A DNA stretch of 64,000 nucleotides from Podarcis tiliguerta (lineage: Eukaryota): the NCBI GenBank assembly GCA_965153285.1, contig OZ229114.1, one strand, 5' to 3'. Below, one piece after another: positions 1 through 12,419 of this stretch. How positions within the stretch are numbered: the stretch's first letter is position 1; every line of letters starts with the position of its first letter. The notes below the pieces were generated by a model. That model was not told the origin of the DNA, did not search any database, and saw nothing but the letters and a program-made list of their open reading frames with translations. The translations under genes and the position numbers were made by a program.

Positions 1-1369
1 GGCGCTTCACAAAAATAAATCCACAATCTGTCAGAAACGGAGCACTTTTTCATCCCATTGGGGTGATTTAAACAATGGCTTAATGCACCCATTGAAATCA
101 ATGAGATGTAAAAGTAATTAGCTGGGTCATACCCTAAATTGCCTTAAAAAAATACTGCTATTACCGTTTCTGATTCTCCCTTGTAAAAGAATAAAGTGTA
201 ACAGCTGAAGAAAGTCTCAGCTAGTCCTGCTGCTACTCTTTGATGTTTATGCAGAATGGTGAGGTGTTCTCTCTCTATATATATACATATGAGCAGAGCT
301 AAGTACAACCTCTGTGGGAAATTAATGATACTGTCTGTTTAAATGTCTTAAGGCTGCATAATCCATAACTGCTCGTGTTTCTCTGATGGAATACTTCAAA
401 GGCTTTCCTTGCCCATGAGCAAAGATTTCTATTTTATTAAAAAAAGAAAAAAAGGCACGGAAAACAACCTGTTCGTTTATTACACTGGCCACTTAATTAT
501 GCTCTTGTAATCTTTGGTTGAAGGCACACAGTCAGGTAACACTAGGTGTATTATTTAAACAGGGGTGCAAATGGATCCGACCAGCAACCCAAGATAAATA
601 CAGCTACATAAGATCATGGTTCTGTCAGAGGCCTACACAACTTTTTACCCACCAAGCTGAGCACAGCTCACCAGATATGTATGGTTGACCATCAGAGGCT
701 GAATAAATCTCTTTCTGTTGTTAACATGGAGGCGGGTAGGAGGGATTGCAAGCCCTTCACCACAAATACGTGTGTTTGGTTTTAAAAGGTCAGAGGTTGT
801 GCAGGCCTGTTCTGCTGAATTCATCAGCCAGGAGCTAGACTACTGATTAGTTAGCTGTTTGAATTGGTGCCCATTGTGAAAGTGTGGAAGACAGGGAGAC
901 CAACATAGGCCAGAGCCAGTGACAGATGGAGCAAACTAATTCTACTTTGGTACCCATCCTCCTCCCTGCTAAGTTGTACAAGTGCAAACTTAGGCCAGGG
1001 AGAAGGAAGTGGACAGGCAGCCCCAGCCTCTGGACTGATTGTAAGTAAGAAGGACCAAAATATTTCCTCAAATCCTCCAGGTTAAGTTGTTGAGCCAAAC
1101 TTTTCTACATTCATAGACTAATACCAGCAAGTTTTCTTTGGCATATGAGGAAGATCACATCAATCCATTCTGACATGCAGATGCCCCCATAAGTGACTAA
1201 AACTGCTACAGTTTTGTCCCCATATGATTAATATTTACCAGGGGCTTTAGTATATGTAGTGCTTGAAAAGAAACACATGCTCACACAAATGGTGCTGGAG
1301 GAAAATAGGAGTCACAATATGGGTTCTCATAGCCCAGTCTTCTGCAGGCTTATTCCCCACTGAACTCCT

Positions 1370-1495
1370 CGTGCATTGGATTGCGCTGCACGTTATTTTA
1401 TAAAATTAGACTATATATCTTTTCAGTTGCATTAATTCTTTGTATGAAATATTTCATTGGATCAAAAGGTACACTTTCCGTTAAAGCCAATGTAA
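1370..1495 (+). promoter_or_regulatory. Putative internal promoter for the alternative first exon
   Basis: ATTGG at 1375 and 1456, TATAAAA at 1399-1405, CCAAT at 1487, and several CpGs in otherwise CpG-poor DNA. Confidence 0.3.
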
Positions 1496-1741
1496 ATATG
1501 GCATGCCAGCAAAATGGAACTTACGTTTGCTTGTTTTTTGTTTTATATCTGACTGTGTCTCTTCTACACCTTAGAATCAAGTTGGTCTTTGCCTATGCTG
1601 GTGCATCGCCCGTTGATAATTATTAAAGGGCTGTGTGTATTCTGTGATTCTGTGCAAGGGCAGAAAAGTAGAGACTGTAGTACTGGGTGCCAAATTCAAC
1701 TTCCTGAGACTTTCAGTGCTCTCCCTGGTTGCTGTTTTTTA

Positions 1742-1806
1742 ATGTCTAGTCTTTATGATTGTGCAAATGGACTTGAAATTGCATGGGTAATTAAGATTGC
1801 CCAGTG
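1742..1806 (+). CDS. ANK3: Candidate ANK3 alternative (internal) first coding exon, MSSLYDCANGLEIAWVIKIAQ(C)
   Basis: ATG at 1742, open for 21 codons plus TG, then strong donor GTG|GTAAGA. Phase 2 matches the acceptor at 2852 (TG|T = Cys, then PVIVEIPHF). Confidence 0.6.
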
Positions 1807-2851
1807 GTAAGAGGATGGAACTTCAGTGCTTTTTTATATCCTTCTACATCTGTACCTCCTTACTCCTCCCAAGATTAAAACATATTTAAAGTTATTTAGC
1901 GTATTTAAATATATTTAAATCAGGCAAAGTGAGCAAAACTTGCAAATCTGGTGAATTTCCACAATATATATTGGCTGGGAAAATGAGCTTTTCTTTACAA
2001 TATATTTGAAAAACTTGGTGCAAATTGTCAGTTCTCTTCTCTCCCCATTTTCTTTATTTTAAGTCAAAGCTCCCACCCAGCCCTAAGTAAACAGCATTGC
2101 ATATGCACAGAGTTGTTCAAGCACAAGAAAAGCAATATGCAAACTCTGAGTTTCACTTTTTAGAAACAATTTTTTAAAGTAAGTTTGCAACTGGGTGGAG
2201 AGCATCAGGTGAAGTCTCAAAACAAAGTGTTGATAAAGAAGATTTCCAGCAATCAGGGTCCTGTGCATCAGTGCCCTGGCATTGCTTCTTACTTCTTCCT
2301 GTGACTAGCAGAAGCAGAATAAATTGTACAGACTCAAATAAGTTGTCCAGATTGGCTTAGGTTGCATATTAATGCTGGTTGAAAGAATTCAGCTTTTCTA
2401 GACACGGAACATGGGTTACTTTGACACAGCCAAATGTTTATGTGTGTTAAGTGCCGAGTACACACAGCCCTGAGTAAATAGCATTATGTATGCATAGCCA
2501 AGTGCAGGATCTAAGCTTGCCTGCTGAAACCCTTTCTTTTTATTTGCTTATATGCATTTTTGTAACTTGTTTTTGTTGTCTGTGTAAATTGATGTATGTC
2601 AGCACTCCTGTGCGTGCTTATCTAAGTGTGTAATTGGAGTGGATTATTGAAAACAAAAACAAACAAACAAAAAACCTTGCAATTTGAATTGGAAAGGGTT
2701 TTGCAGCTTTGCCAGTTATTAACCATTTCCCCCCCATGAGCGCACTTGTAGCTGTGACAGACAACTCTTGAGTAAGGGAGCAGCACTTAGTAAACTGAAA
2801 AAATGCATGTACAATATGAATTGCTTCCTCTTCTTCTTTTATTTGGTGTAG

Positions 2852-3006
2852 TCCTGTCATAGTGGAAATCCCTCATTTTGGATCGATGCGAGGAAAGGAA
2901 AGAGAACTGATTGTGCTTCGAAGTGAAAACGGTGAAACGTGGAAGGAACATCAGTATGACAGCAGGCATGAAAACCTCACTGAAATACTGAACGGCATGA
3001 ATGAAG
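2852..3006 (+). CDS. ANK3: Ankyrin-3 exon, first ZU5 domain ([19 protein letters not shown]...NGMNE)
   Basis: ag|T..G|gt boundaries, phase 2 to phase 1; peptide matches the ankyrin-G ZU5 region. Confidence 0.97.
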
Positions 3007-3289
3007 GTACATATGCACTGTTACTGTTTTGGCCTGGGCAAATAGCAAGTAGAAGCATGGCCTGGGTTTGTTTTTGAATGATTAAAGGTGAATTAGGCGG
3101 TGACTATACAAATAGCATTACCACAGTGCCATGTGGCATGGATATAATACCATATATGTTGTTATGCTTGCCAGCAGAAAAATACACAACCATCCAATCA
3201 AAGAACCTATTTGAGTTAAGAAATATATTTCAGTATCCCGGTTATTTGTTACAGAAGTGAATTAATGATGTTCATTTAACTTAACGTTC

Positions 3290-4092
3290 CAAGATGGCGG
3301 CACGTTCATATGCTGCGGCTCTGAGCTCCCAATACCTCACCTACTCACACACAAAACTGGTAAACATCGGGCTCACAAGAAAAATAGGGATAACTAGAAA
3401 GTTTCAAAGGTCCCACTGTATACCAAAATGCATAGTAAGACCTCCAGGATCTCTATGGATTGTCAACGGGAGGGGGAAGTGCCAAAAGAAGCGAAAGAGA
3501 AAAGAGCGAAAGCAAGAACGTGGTTACAGAGCTGGTCTGTTAACCCGGCTTCGAAAAAGACCCACGAGACCAGCACTGCCAAGCTTCTTCTTGGCCAACA
3601 CCAGATCTCTCGCCCACAAAATTGACGAATTACAGTTACTGATGGCAGCAAACAAGCTTCTTTGTGAGAGCTGTGTGGTAATTATTACTGAAACTTGGCT
3701 ACATTCAGCAGTACCAGATGCGGCAGTTGAGCTGATAAATCGAATAATTTTATCGCTCTGAGAGAAACAGTGATTCTGGTAAAGCTAGGGGCGGAGGAGT
3801 CTGTATTTACATACACAATGGTTGGTGCGTTAACAGCAAAGTAGCTTACACGTATTGCTCCCCAGATCTATAATTGATGGCAGTTAAATGTCGGCCATTT
3901 TATTTGCCTAGTGAAGTAACTGTCATAATTATTATAGCTGTTTATATTCCATCCGATGCTAATGTCAATGCGGCACTTTCTAAGCTATATGACGTCATCT
4001 CCAAGCAGCAGCAAATCCACCCAGAGGGCGCCCTTGTTGTGGCAGGGGACTTCAATCAAGCCTGCCTAAAGACGGTTTTTCCTAAGTTTGAA
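3290..4092 (+). mobile_element. 5' part of a Rex1/Babar-type non-LTR retrotransposon (APE endonuclease), degenerate
   Basis: Starts CAAGATGGCG. Motifs LANTRSLAHKIDEL, TETWL, RGGGVCIYI, KCRPFYLP, AVYIP and VAGDFNQA. One frameshift near 3750 and an in-frame stop at 3871. Confidence 0.8.
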
Positions 4093-4638
4093 TATGCCAT
4101 GGGAGCATATTCACCCAGTGCTTTTCCAGCTGCATTGGCTCCCGGTGGAGTACAGGGTCAGATTTAAAGTGCTGGTTTTGACTTTTAAAGCCCTTCACGG
4201 CCTAGGACCCTCGTACCTACGGGGCCGCCTCTCCTGGTATGCCCCACGGAGGACCTTAAGGTCCACATATAGCAACACCCTAGAGGTCCCGGGCCCTAAG
4301 GAAGTTAGATTAGCCTCAACCAGAGCCAGGGCCTTCTCAACACTGGCCCCGGCCTGGTGGAATGCTCTGTCTCTTGAGACCAGGGCCCTGCGGGATCTGA
4401 TCTCTTTCCGCAGGGCCTGTAAGACAGAGTTGTTCCACCTGGCCTTTGACTCAGAATCAGTTTGATTCCCTCCCCCTCTTTCCTTTTCCTTTCTCCTCCT
4501 ATGAAGAGATTGCTCCCTAATTATTTTAATGTTGTATCTTAATCTTTTAAATTGTATTTTAATCAACTTGCTTTTATTATTGGTTGTTAGCCGCCCTGAG
4601 CCCAGTCTTGGCTGGGGAGGGCAGGGTATAAATAAAAA

Positions 4639-4671
<33 letters not shown>

Positions 4672-4690
4672 TATTATTAATTTATTACTG
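4093..4690 (+). mobile_element. 5'-truncated L2-clade LINE 3' end with (TTA)n tail
   Basis: HIHPVLFQLHWLPV, FKVLVLTFKALHGLGPSYL, RAFSTLAPAWWNAL and FRRACKTELF motifs, then a T-rich UTR and ATT-repeat tail at ~4640-4690. Confidence 0.85.
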
Positions 4691-5864
4691 CAGGTACCAC
4701 TGCATAATTTCTCTAACTTCTAGTTTTTGTTTGAATATCCATTATTTTCCCTCTTGCTACTATTTCTGTTTATGCCAGGGTTAGAAAATGTTCACAAGTA
4801 TTCAGTTGGAAAATTTGTGTTCACCTGAATTGCTGCCAGTGGCAGTAAGCAGGAACATGCTGAGTCAGACATTGCTTCTTCCATGCAATTGTGAGTGTAG
4901 GAAAGGCAGAGAAACTGACAAATGTTTGAAGAATCAGCCCTATGTGGTATGGGATGGAAGCAGCATCCTAAGTGATGCCATCTTGATTGACTTCTATAAG
5001 TCAGTGGTCTGGGTATATTGACTTATTTGTTATCTAACTCAGTGGTAAGATAAATTAAACCATCCATTCAGTGTATCTTTTCCCTTTTATGACGGAATAA
5101 TTACTGGGTTTGGTGAAAGCAGCACCATCTACTGGCAAAGATAGATATTAGAACCAAAAGGTAATTTGTAGACCTGTAAAAATAGAACCAGCCTTTAAAA
5201 GTGGAACATATAACCCAGAAGTGTTGCACATTGAATGGTGAGATATTCATTTATTAAATGCATAAATAATATTTTTTATATTCATCTGGTATTTCCTCAG
5301 ATCAGACCACCATGAGATAATCTAACCAACTGAGTTATGAGATACTTCTCATCTCCCAATAAACAAAAACCCCAAACAAAAAAGTTTGTATGCAGATTCA
5401 CGTTTTGTTCCTTTCATTAATATACCTTTCTGTCATGAGGTTGATTTTAAAGGTGATTACTTAGCCTTTTATCAGATCAAAATGAAATAGCCATGTTGAA
5501 CCAGAAAGGGGTAAATAAGAGTAAATAAAATAGGTCCAGTCAGTCATGTGGTCCAATCAGTATTCACAGTGCAGTCTGTGCATTACTGAGTTACACCAAA
5601 TTCCTATTCAGGCCAGGTATTCAAATCCAGCAAAACTGATGTTAAGTCCAGCTTGCCGTTACAGATTTTTTTTCAGCCTTGAAATGGAACAGGAAGAGGT
5701 TCTTCCAGAAAACATTACATTGAGGACAGCATATGCGTTAGTATTCAAAGCAACCCAAAGACTTTCTTGGACAAGGCTGAAACTCTCTTAAAAAGCCCAC
5801 TCATAATACCTGAGCAGTAATATTTATAAATATTTATAAACATTTCTGATTTTCCCTTGCATAG

Positions 5865-6076
5865 AATTGGACAGCGCAGAGGAACTTGAGAAGAAGCGTA
5901 TCTGCAGAATTGTCACGAAGGACTTTCCTCAGTACTTTGCTGTGGTTTCACGAATTAAGCAAGAAAGCAACCAGATTGGTCCAGAGGGTGGCATTCTGAG
6001 CAGCACAACTGTGCCTCGAGTCCAGGCTTCCTTCCCTGAAGGAGCATTAACTAAGCGGATACGAGTGGGCCTGCAG
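5865..6076 (+). CDS. ANK3: Ankyrin-3 exon, ZU5-1/ZU5-2 junction ([15 protein letters not shown]...RIRVGLQ)
   Basis: ag|AA..CAG|gtaat, 212 nt, phase 1 to phase 0. Confidence 0.97.
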
Positions 6077-6158
6077 GTAATAAGATGAGCCTTTCTTTGC
6101 ATTTTTGAAAACCAGAAGTAAGGTTTAACGGGGCTGGATCAGATGATGTACCTCCCTA

Positions 6159-6502
6159 AAGGTAAAGGTAAAGGGATCCCTGACCATTAGGTCTAGTCGT
6201 GGCTGACTCTGGGGTTGTGGCACTCATCTCGCTTTATTGGCCAAGGGAGCCGGCGTACAGCTTCCGGGTCATGTGGCCAGCGTGACTGGCGAACCAGAGC
6301 AGTGCACGGAAACGCCATTTACCTTCCCGCCGGAGCAGTACCTATTTATCTACTCGTCTTTGACGAGCTTTCGAACTGCTAGGTTGGCAGGAGCAGGGAC
6401 CAAGCAACGGGAGCTCACCCCGTCATGGGGATTCAAATCGCCAACCTTCTGATCGGCAAGTCCTAGGCTCTGTGGTTTAACCCACAGTGCCACCTGCGTC
6501 CC
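6159..6502 (-). mobile_element. Sauria-type SINE, near full length
   Basis: (AAAGGT)n is the reversed ACCTTT tail; tRNA-like head at the right end; TSD GATGTACCT(C/A)CCTA at 6145-6158 and 6503-6516. Confidence 0.9.
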
Positions 6503-6985
6503 GATGTACCTACCTAGATCTGGCCGAACAGGTCGAGGGAAATGAGTGCCTGCAGCTTCAGCCTGCCCACCATTCCTTCATGTAGACACAAGGATGGATT
6601 ATGCAAATACTGTCTATATGCCTATAGTTCAACATACCTACACACACACACACACACTCCTGATATAATGAGGAAATCAACCACATTTCTTACCTGCATG
6701 CATTGAACCTTACATGTGTAGGAAGCATGTGTGAATGGCAGAAGTGGGACAGTGAGCAGAGGACCTGCCCACACGCTCCCCTCTACACAGTACACCACTT
6801 CCTAAGAGGTGTACTGTCCAGTCTGGCCTCTTAATAAAAGGAGCAGCTCTTCTCCCTCCTGCATGGCAAATTGTAACTGCCAAAATGCCCACTTCTGTGT
6901 AACTTGTTAAAAGCTTACCTATCCTGCCCACCTTAGCGTTTGGTCATCCCAATGAACCTTATTTAGACCTGTAGTATAAGAATCT

Positions 6986-7296
6986 TGCCGATCGAAAGGT
7001 CGGCGGTTCGAATCCCCGCAGCGGGGTGCGCTCCTGTTGTTTGGTCCCAGCGCCTGCCAACCTAGCAGTTCAAAAGCACTCCCGGGTGCAAGTAGATAAA
7101 TAGGGACTGCTTACTAGCGGGAAGGTAAACGGCGTTTCCGTGTGCGGCTCTGGCTCGCCAGAGCAGCGATGTCACGCTGGCCACGTGACCCGGAAATGTC
7201 TTCGGACAGCGCTGGCCCCCGGCCTCTTGAGTGAGATGGGCGCACAACCCTAGAGTCTGTCAAGACTGGCCCGTACGGGCAGGGGTACCTTTACCT
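6986..7296 (+). mobile_element. Sauria-type SINE, 5'-truncated, second subfamily
   Basis: B-box GGTTCGAATCC, tail ACCTTTACCT, TSD TATAAGAATCT at 6975-6985 and 7297-7307. Confidence 0.9.
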
Positions 7297-7720
7297 TATA
7301 AGAATCTGCTAAGCAGGAAACAGCGGCACTCTGGATGAAATCCAGATTTTTACAGCAAATCCACCTACATACAACAGATATTTTCACTTTGCAGTTGTTG
7401 GATTTTAGTTAGGTCCCCCATTTCAGTGAACCAGATGACATTGTTGAAATTGATAAGAATACCAAAAAGAAGAAGAAAGGGGTTGTATTCAGCTAACTTT
7501 GAGTAGACCCATTGCAAACAATGGCTGTAACAAATTTAGGTTCATTAATTCAATAGGTCTTTGCTGAGTAAAAGTTGAATACAACGCGAAGTTTGGGACT
7601 TGTTGAATTTTACAGCACTCTGTAATGGAATTTTACCCTAAAATCCTGGATTTGTGTAGCATTTATGGTGTATACCAGCAACAGAAATTTTACAGAAAAA
7701 TAACATCTAGGTAAAGTATG

Positions 7721-7790
7721 GTACTACTGGAAGGAATTTTTTTATTTTGTTTCGACTACGGCAGACCAACATGGCTACCTACCTGTAACT
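7721..7790 (+). mobile_element. Short Penelope-like terminal repeat fragment
   Basis: GGCAGACCAACATGGCTACC..CTGTAAC resembles reptile Penelope termini (recognised from memory only). Confidence 0.4.
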
Positions 7791-7858
7791 ATAAATTGCA
7801 TGTTTGAGAATCTTATATCCCATGATTTTAGAATCTCTTTTTCCTATATTGAAAATAG

Positions 7859-8066
7859 GCTCAACCAGTTCCAGATGAAACAGTCAAGAAAATCCTTGGT
7901 AACAAAGCAACATTCAGCCCCATTGTCACTGTGGAACCAAGAAGAAGAAAATTCCATAAGCCAATCACCATGACAATTCCTGTGCCACCCCCATCAGGGG
8001 AAGGGATAACCAATGGATACAAAGGAGACACGACACCCAGCCTTCGGCTACTGTGTAGCATAACAG
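7859..8066 (+). CDS. ANK3: Ankyrin-3 exon, ZU5-2 ([16 protein letters not shown]...LRLLCSIT)
   Basis: ag|GCT..G|gttag, 208 nt, phase 0 to phase 1. Confidence 0.97.
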
Positions 8067-8740
8067 GTTAGGCAAAGGCATAAGGAAGGGCATCCCCATT
8101 TATTCAACATAACTTTTCTAAATTGGGCAAACTTTCCCTCTTCCTCTCAAGAGTCGCATTTCCCCCAGGAGCATCTCCTTGGTACTGCATATCACATATG
8201 GAATCAGCCGAAGCCAGCAGTGTGTGGGGTCACCACCTTTCTCTCTTTTTGTCATGCCCCCTTTTCTCCACACACACACACCTAACACCCCTTTCTCTCT
8301 CCTTAACTGTCCCCCTTCTTGTCCAGGGGACAGCTGGGGTGGAGACAGATGGCTTTGGCCAAAGTCCAGAACTGACAGTTTTGCAGGGAGCTTTTGTAAT
8401 TAGACACGAGGGTTGCGGTGTTGACCTAGCGCCACTGGTTGCCCATCCCTCTGCAATCCTGCAGAGGTGAGGACCAGCTCTCCCCAGTTCTGCCCTGCCC
8501 TTCTGCAATCCAAGCACTATATTGCCCACCTTAAATATTACAGATCTTTTGTGTCCTTCCCTCTGGAAAGGAATCCATTCCATATGATCACCACATTATA
8601 TGGGTGTTTCAGAAACTTCCCACACTGATTATTATGTACAAATAAAACTAAGATAAAGTGCAACCCTAAAGCACTATTTCAGATCTATGTAAAAATCCAG
8701 ATCCCTTTAAACAAGTGTGACTTCATCTTTTATTTCCTAG

Positions 8741-8837
8741 GAGGTACTTCACCAGCTCAGTGGGAAGACATCACAGGAACCACTCCACTGACTTTTGTAA
8801 ATGATTGTGTCTCTTTCACAACCAACGTTTCAGCCAG
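8741..8837 (+). CDS. ANK3: Ankyrin-3 exon ([33 protein letters not shown])
   Basis: tag|GA..AG|gtaca, 97 nt, phase 1 to phase 2. Confidence 0.97.
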
Positions 8838-9160
8838 GTACAGTAAAAGCAAATGAAACACAAATAATTATACTTTATTAAGGCTTACAGGTTGTATTAT
8901 GAAGATCAGAATAACTTGAGTGATACACACTAGAATAACTAGCTCAATAGCAGGACTTTTTTTACTGATGGGAGAGGAGAGGAGCAAAAACAGATTCATA
9001 ACTAAGGATGTTTACCAAAAAATAAAAATAAAAATCCTCCCATCTGAATTTCTCCTCAGATTTTGGTGTTCCTAATCACATCTTGTTGTTTTTAACAGAG
9101 TGGCACCAGTGCCTTAGTAATCCGCCATTCTTCCAATATTGATACGCCATTCTTCCAATA

Positions 9161-9226
9161 TCCTGCTTGGCAGGGGGTTGGACTTGATGGCCCTTGTGGT
9201 CTCTTCCAACTCGATGGTTCTATGAT
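9161..9226 (+). mobile_element. CR1-type 3' tail fragment
   Basis: GGGTTGGACTTGATGGCC..CTTCCAACTC..TTCTATGAT, typical of a CR1 or CR1-SINE end. Confidence 0.7.
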
Positions 9227-9698
9227 ATCTAGATATTATACAGAGGAGCAGTTTCCACAACATTCAGTTCCTTCTGCTCACTGAGATCTGTTTTTTCCAC
9301 ACATGTCACCAATGTGCAGAAGTGCTTGTTTGCCAAGGAGGTGGCAGATCTGGCCTCCTAGGTGTGCACCACAGCCATCAGCAGTGGAGAGTTCCCTTTT
9401 CCTAGATTACAAAAAACCAACGCAGCACATTATGAGCAGACCAGAAAAAATAATCAATATTGTATTGAACATGTCTGTAACATGCTTTTTGCCTGACAGT
9501 TCTCCGTTCAGCCACCTCCAAGTTTTGCTGGAAGTAATTTTTAAGTATATATAATAAAAAGTAAGTTAGAAAACCCAGGAGTGTGACTTGGTTCTGTTAG
9601 CTGGAGAGGTAGTTCAAACCACAGTAAAGTTATGGTGGGAAATCACCATTGTATGAAGATGGACTGACTGGTCTTTACATCTATGTATCTGCATCCAG

Positions 9699-9927
9699 AT
9701 TTTGGCTAGCAGACTGCCATCAAGTTCACGAAACTGTCGGGTTGGCCACGCAGCTTTATAGGGAATTAATATGTGTTCCCTACATGGCCAAGTTTGTCAT
9801 TTTTGCCAAAATGAATGATGCGGTGGAATCCAATCTGCGCTGCTTCTGCATGACAGATGATAAAGTCGACAAAACTTTGGAGCAGCAAGAAAACTTTGAA
9901 GAAGTTGCAAGAAGTAAAGATATTGAG
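9699..9927 (+). CDS. ANK3: Ankyrin-3 exon, start of UPA domain (FWLADCHQV...ARSKDIE)
   Basis: cag|A..GAG|gtata, 229 nt, phase 2 to phase 0. Confidence 0.97.
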
Positions 9928-10829
9928 GTATACCATCATTCAACAGTAAAGGCCTATTGTATATCTACAGGCTTTGTGGGTGCTTTTGAAAATATATTCC
10001 TTTCTAAAAGTTACAGTTCATATTCTAATAAAGAATAAATTGTGTCTATAAACCTGTCAATACAGTAAACATCACTGTGTTTATCAGCTAGCTTGGCCAA
10101 TTCAGATATTTCAGGCACTTTAAAACCAGTCTGTTCACAGCTGTCAAGACAGTTACAAATTTCCTGCGTCTCTAAACAAATTCAAGATTGCGTTGTCAGT
10201 AAAGTATCAAGAGACATCAAAACAATGACTATCGTCAGTTTAATTTTTCTACACCTGAGTCCAATAAGCCTGAGCATAGATGCCTAAGGATGGATATAAT
10301 ATACCCAATCTTGCTAAACAAATGCTTCCAACACATGAATCTATCTGTTCAAAATGTTTTATTTAATTTGAATGGAGTAAGATGCTAGTGTAATTCAGCT
10401 GATGTCTTCCAGAACCGGGGCATTGCTTAGCCTCTTTCTTCCTGGTAGACCTAGGCATGACTGACGTACAAGTAGTGGAATGTGTGAACTTACTTTCACA
10501 TTGTCCATTAGTCCTTTTATCAGTTGGGGGGGGGGGGGAGAGAGAAAGAAAGAAGAAGTAAAGAACTGAGCTTTGCATAGCTAAAATTGCCAGCTGGCTG
10601 TTGAAGGGTCAATTTAGAAATAAATAGCTGTAGTCTTGACTGTGACCTTCCCCCCACACCAAAGAACATACCACACATCTCTTCCTGTTGAAAACACTGC
10701 AGTGAAGCCGTGTTGAAAGGCAACTTTAACTGTGGGTTTAAATAGTAATTTAACAGTTGGGATGCTTACTGTTTATTGCAATAGTTCGGCACAGAAACAG
10801 ATCTAACAGATTTATTGTTGACCCAACAG

Positions 10830-10955
10830 GTTTTGGAAGGAAAGCCTATTTATGTGGATTGCTACGGGAACCTAGCCCCTTTGACAAAAGGAGGACAGCA
10901 GCTTGTATTTAATTTTTATGCTTTCAAAGAAAATAGACTGCCATTTTCTATCAAG
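10830..10955 (+). CDS. ANK3: Ankyrin-3 exon, UPA ([14 protein letters not shown]...RLPFSIK)
   Basis: cag|GTT..AAG|gtaaa, 126 nt, phase 0/0. Confidence 0.97.
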
Positions 10956-12419
10956 GTAAAAGTAAAACCACACTGGAGCAGTCACAATGAGAAAACTGTT
11001 CCTGCGTGATGACAAACCTTGTGTGTTTGTGTGTGTTTTTCAAAGCCTCTGTTTGTCTGTGGTGTTTGGAAAAGGTGCGCCATCCACTTCACCTGTGCAA
11101 CGGCATATTGCTACCACGAGATGTGAGCCGCCATCCCACTACTTGGGAATGGCAGGTTTGAAGCCTGCTTAAGGTACACTGAGGAAATTAGGTTGCTGGC
11201 AGAAAGGAGCTCCAGGGCTCTGGGATGAACTTCAAGATGACGGGCTTCGGTTTACCTCCTTGCTAGTATTTAGAAAGCTTTGTACCACTTATTAGGCAAA
11301 GTTTAAAAGACCAAGCTGCTGCTTTAAAAAAATTATTTTTTTATGGTCTGCTGCTCAACTGCATTTTAATTTTACTTCTGAGTTGTGATTTTGTTAGGAT
11401 TTTAAATGTGTTTGTAAAGCCCCTTAAATGGTTGGAGGTACAAGTTGGCAGTTCTTTAAAAGAAGTATTTAAATAACCACAACTTCCATGTGCAAAAAAG
11501 TTACCATGTTATCTATCCAGCCAGGTTGCCAGTGTTCACATTATACCTTCAGAATGCCGGCTCCAAAACAGGAGAAAATGCAGCCACCGAGTGACTTGTG
11601 TTGTTGCCTTGTTGATTTAGTTTAAGCGCTTTAATTTGTTTCCAGACAAAAATGGGAGGTTTTTTCTTTCTGGCCTTAAGTCTAGGTTGCCAGAAAGACC
11701 ACTTTCTTCCATATTGATGGATGGATGGATTTAGTTTGTTCATATGCCACCTTTTCACATAATTATGATCATCCATAATTATGATCTTACCACCCCCACC
11801 CGTGAAGCTTAATTAGGTGGTGAGCAGGGAAAGGTCCGTATTACCACTTGGCAATTAGTTGGCAATTTAATAAGATATTGCATGTCTGGGTTGTCAATTA
11901 TTTATGTATTTATTTAATTTAATATATTTCCTTTTTGCTACTATCAATTGGCTCAGTTTGACTTTGTGGTTTTATTGGATTTTATTGTAGAAGTTTTATT
12001 TTTAAAAAATTTAAGTCACCGGTCTTATTATGATGGAAAGGCAGGATGGCTATAAATGCTTTAGATAATTAAATGCAATCTCAAACTTTGGCCAGCTTCT
12101 TATTAGTCTTATTAAACTGTCCTTGGAATAATGCAGACACCTTGTAATTGCTTTAGCTTTGTGTTTGTGACACCCTGTGGTAGAAATAATGTGGAGGATT
12201 AATGTGTAGGACAGATGAGAATTAATGTTTGGAGATCCTGTTTCAGCACAAGGCATTTGATCAGGTGCCTTCCCATTGTATGGTTCAAGCAACTTATATT
12301 TTGGGGTTTCTTTGCGTGTTTTGTTTTTAAATTAGAGCTAATAGCTAAACTAAATTTAATGGAACCCAAAGGACTGTAAACATTTCAAACCAGTGTGTGA
12401 ACATTTTATATATATATAG

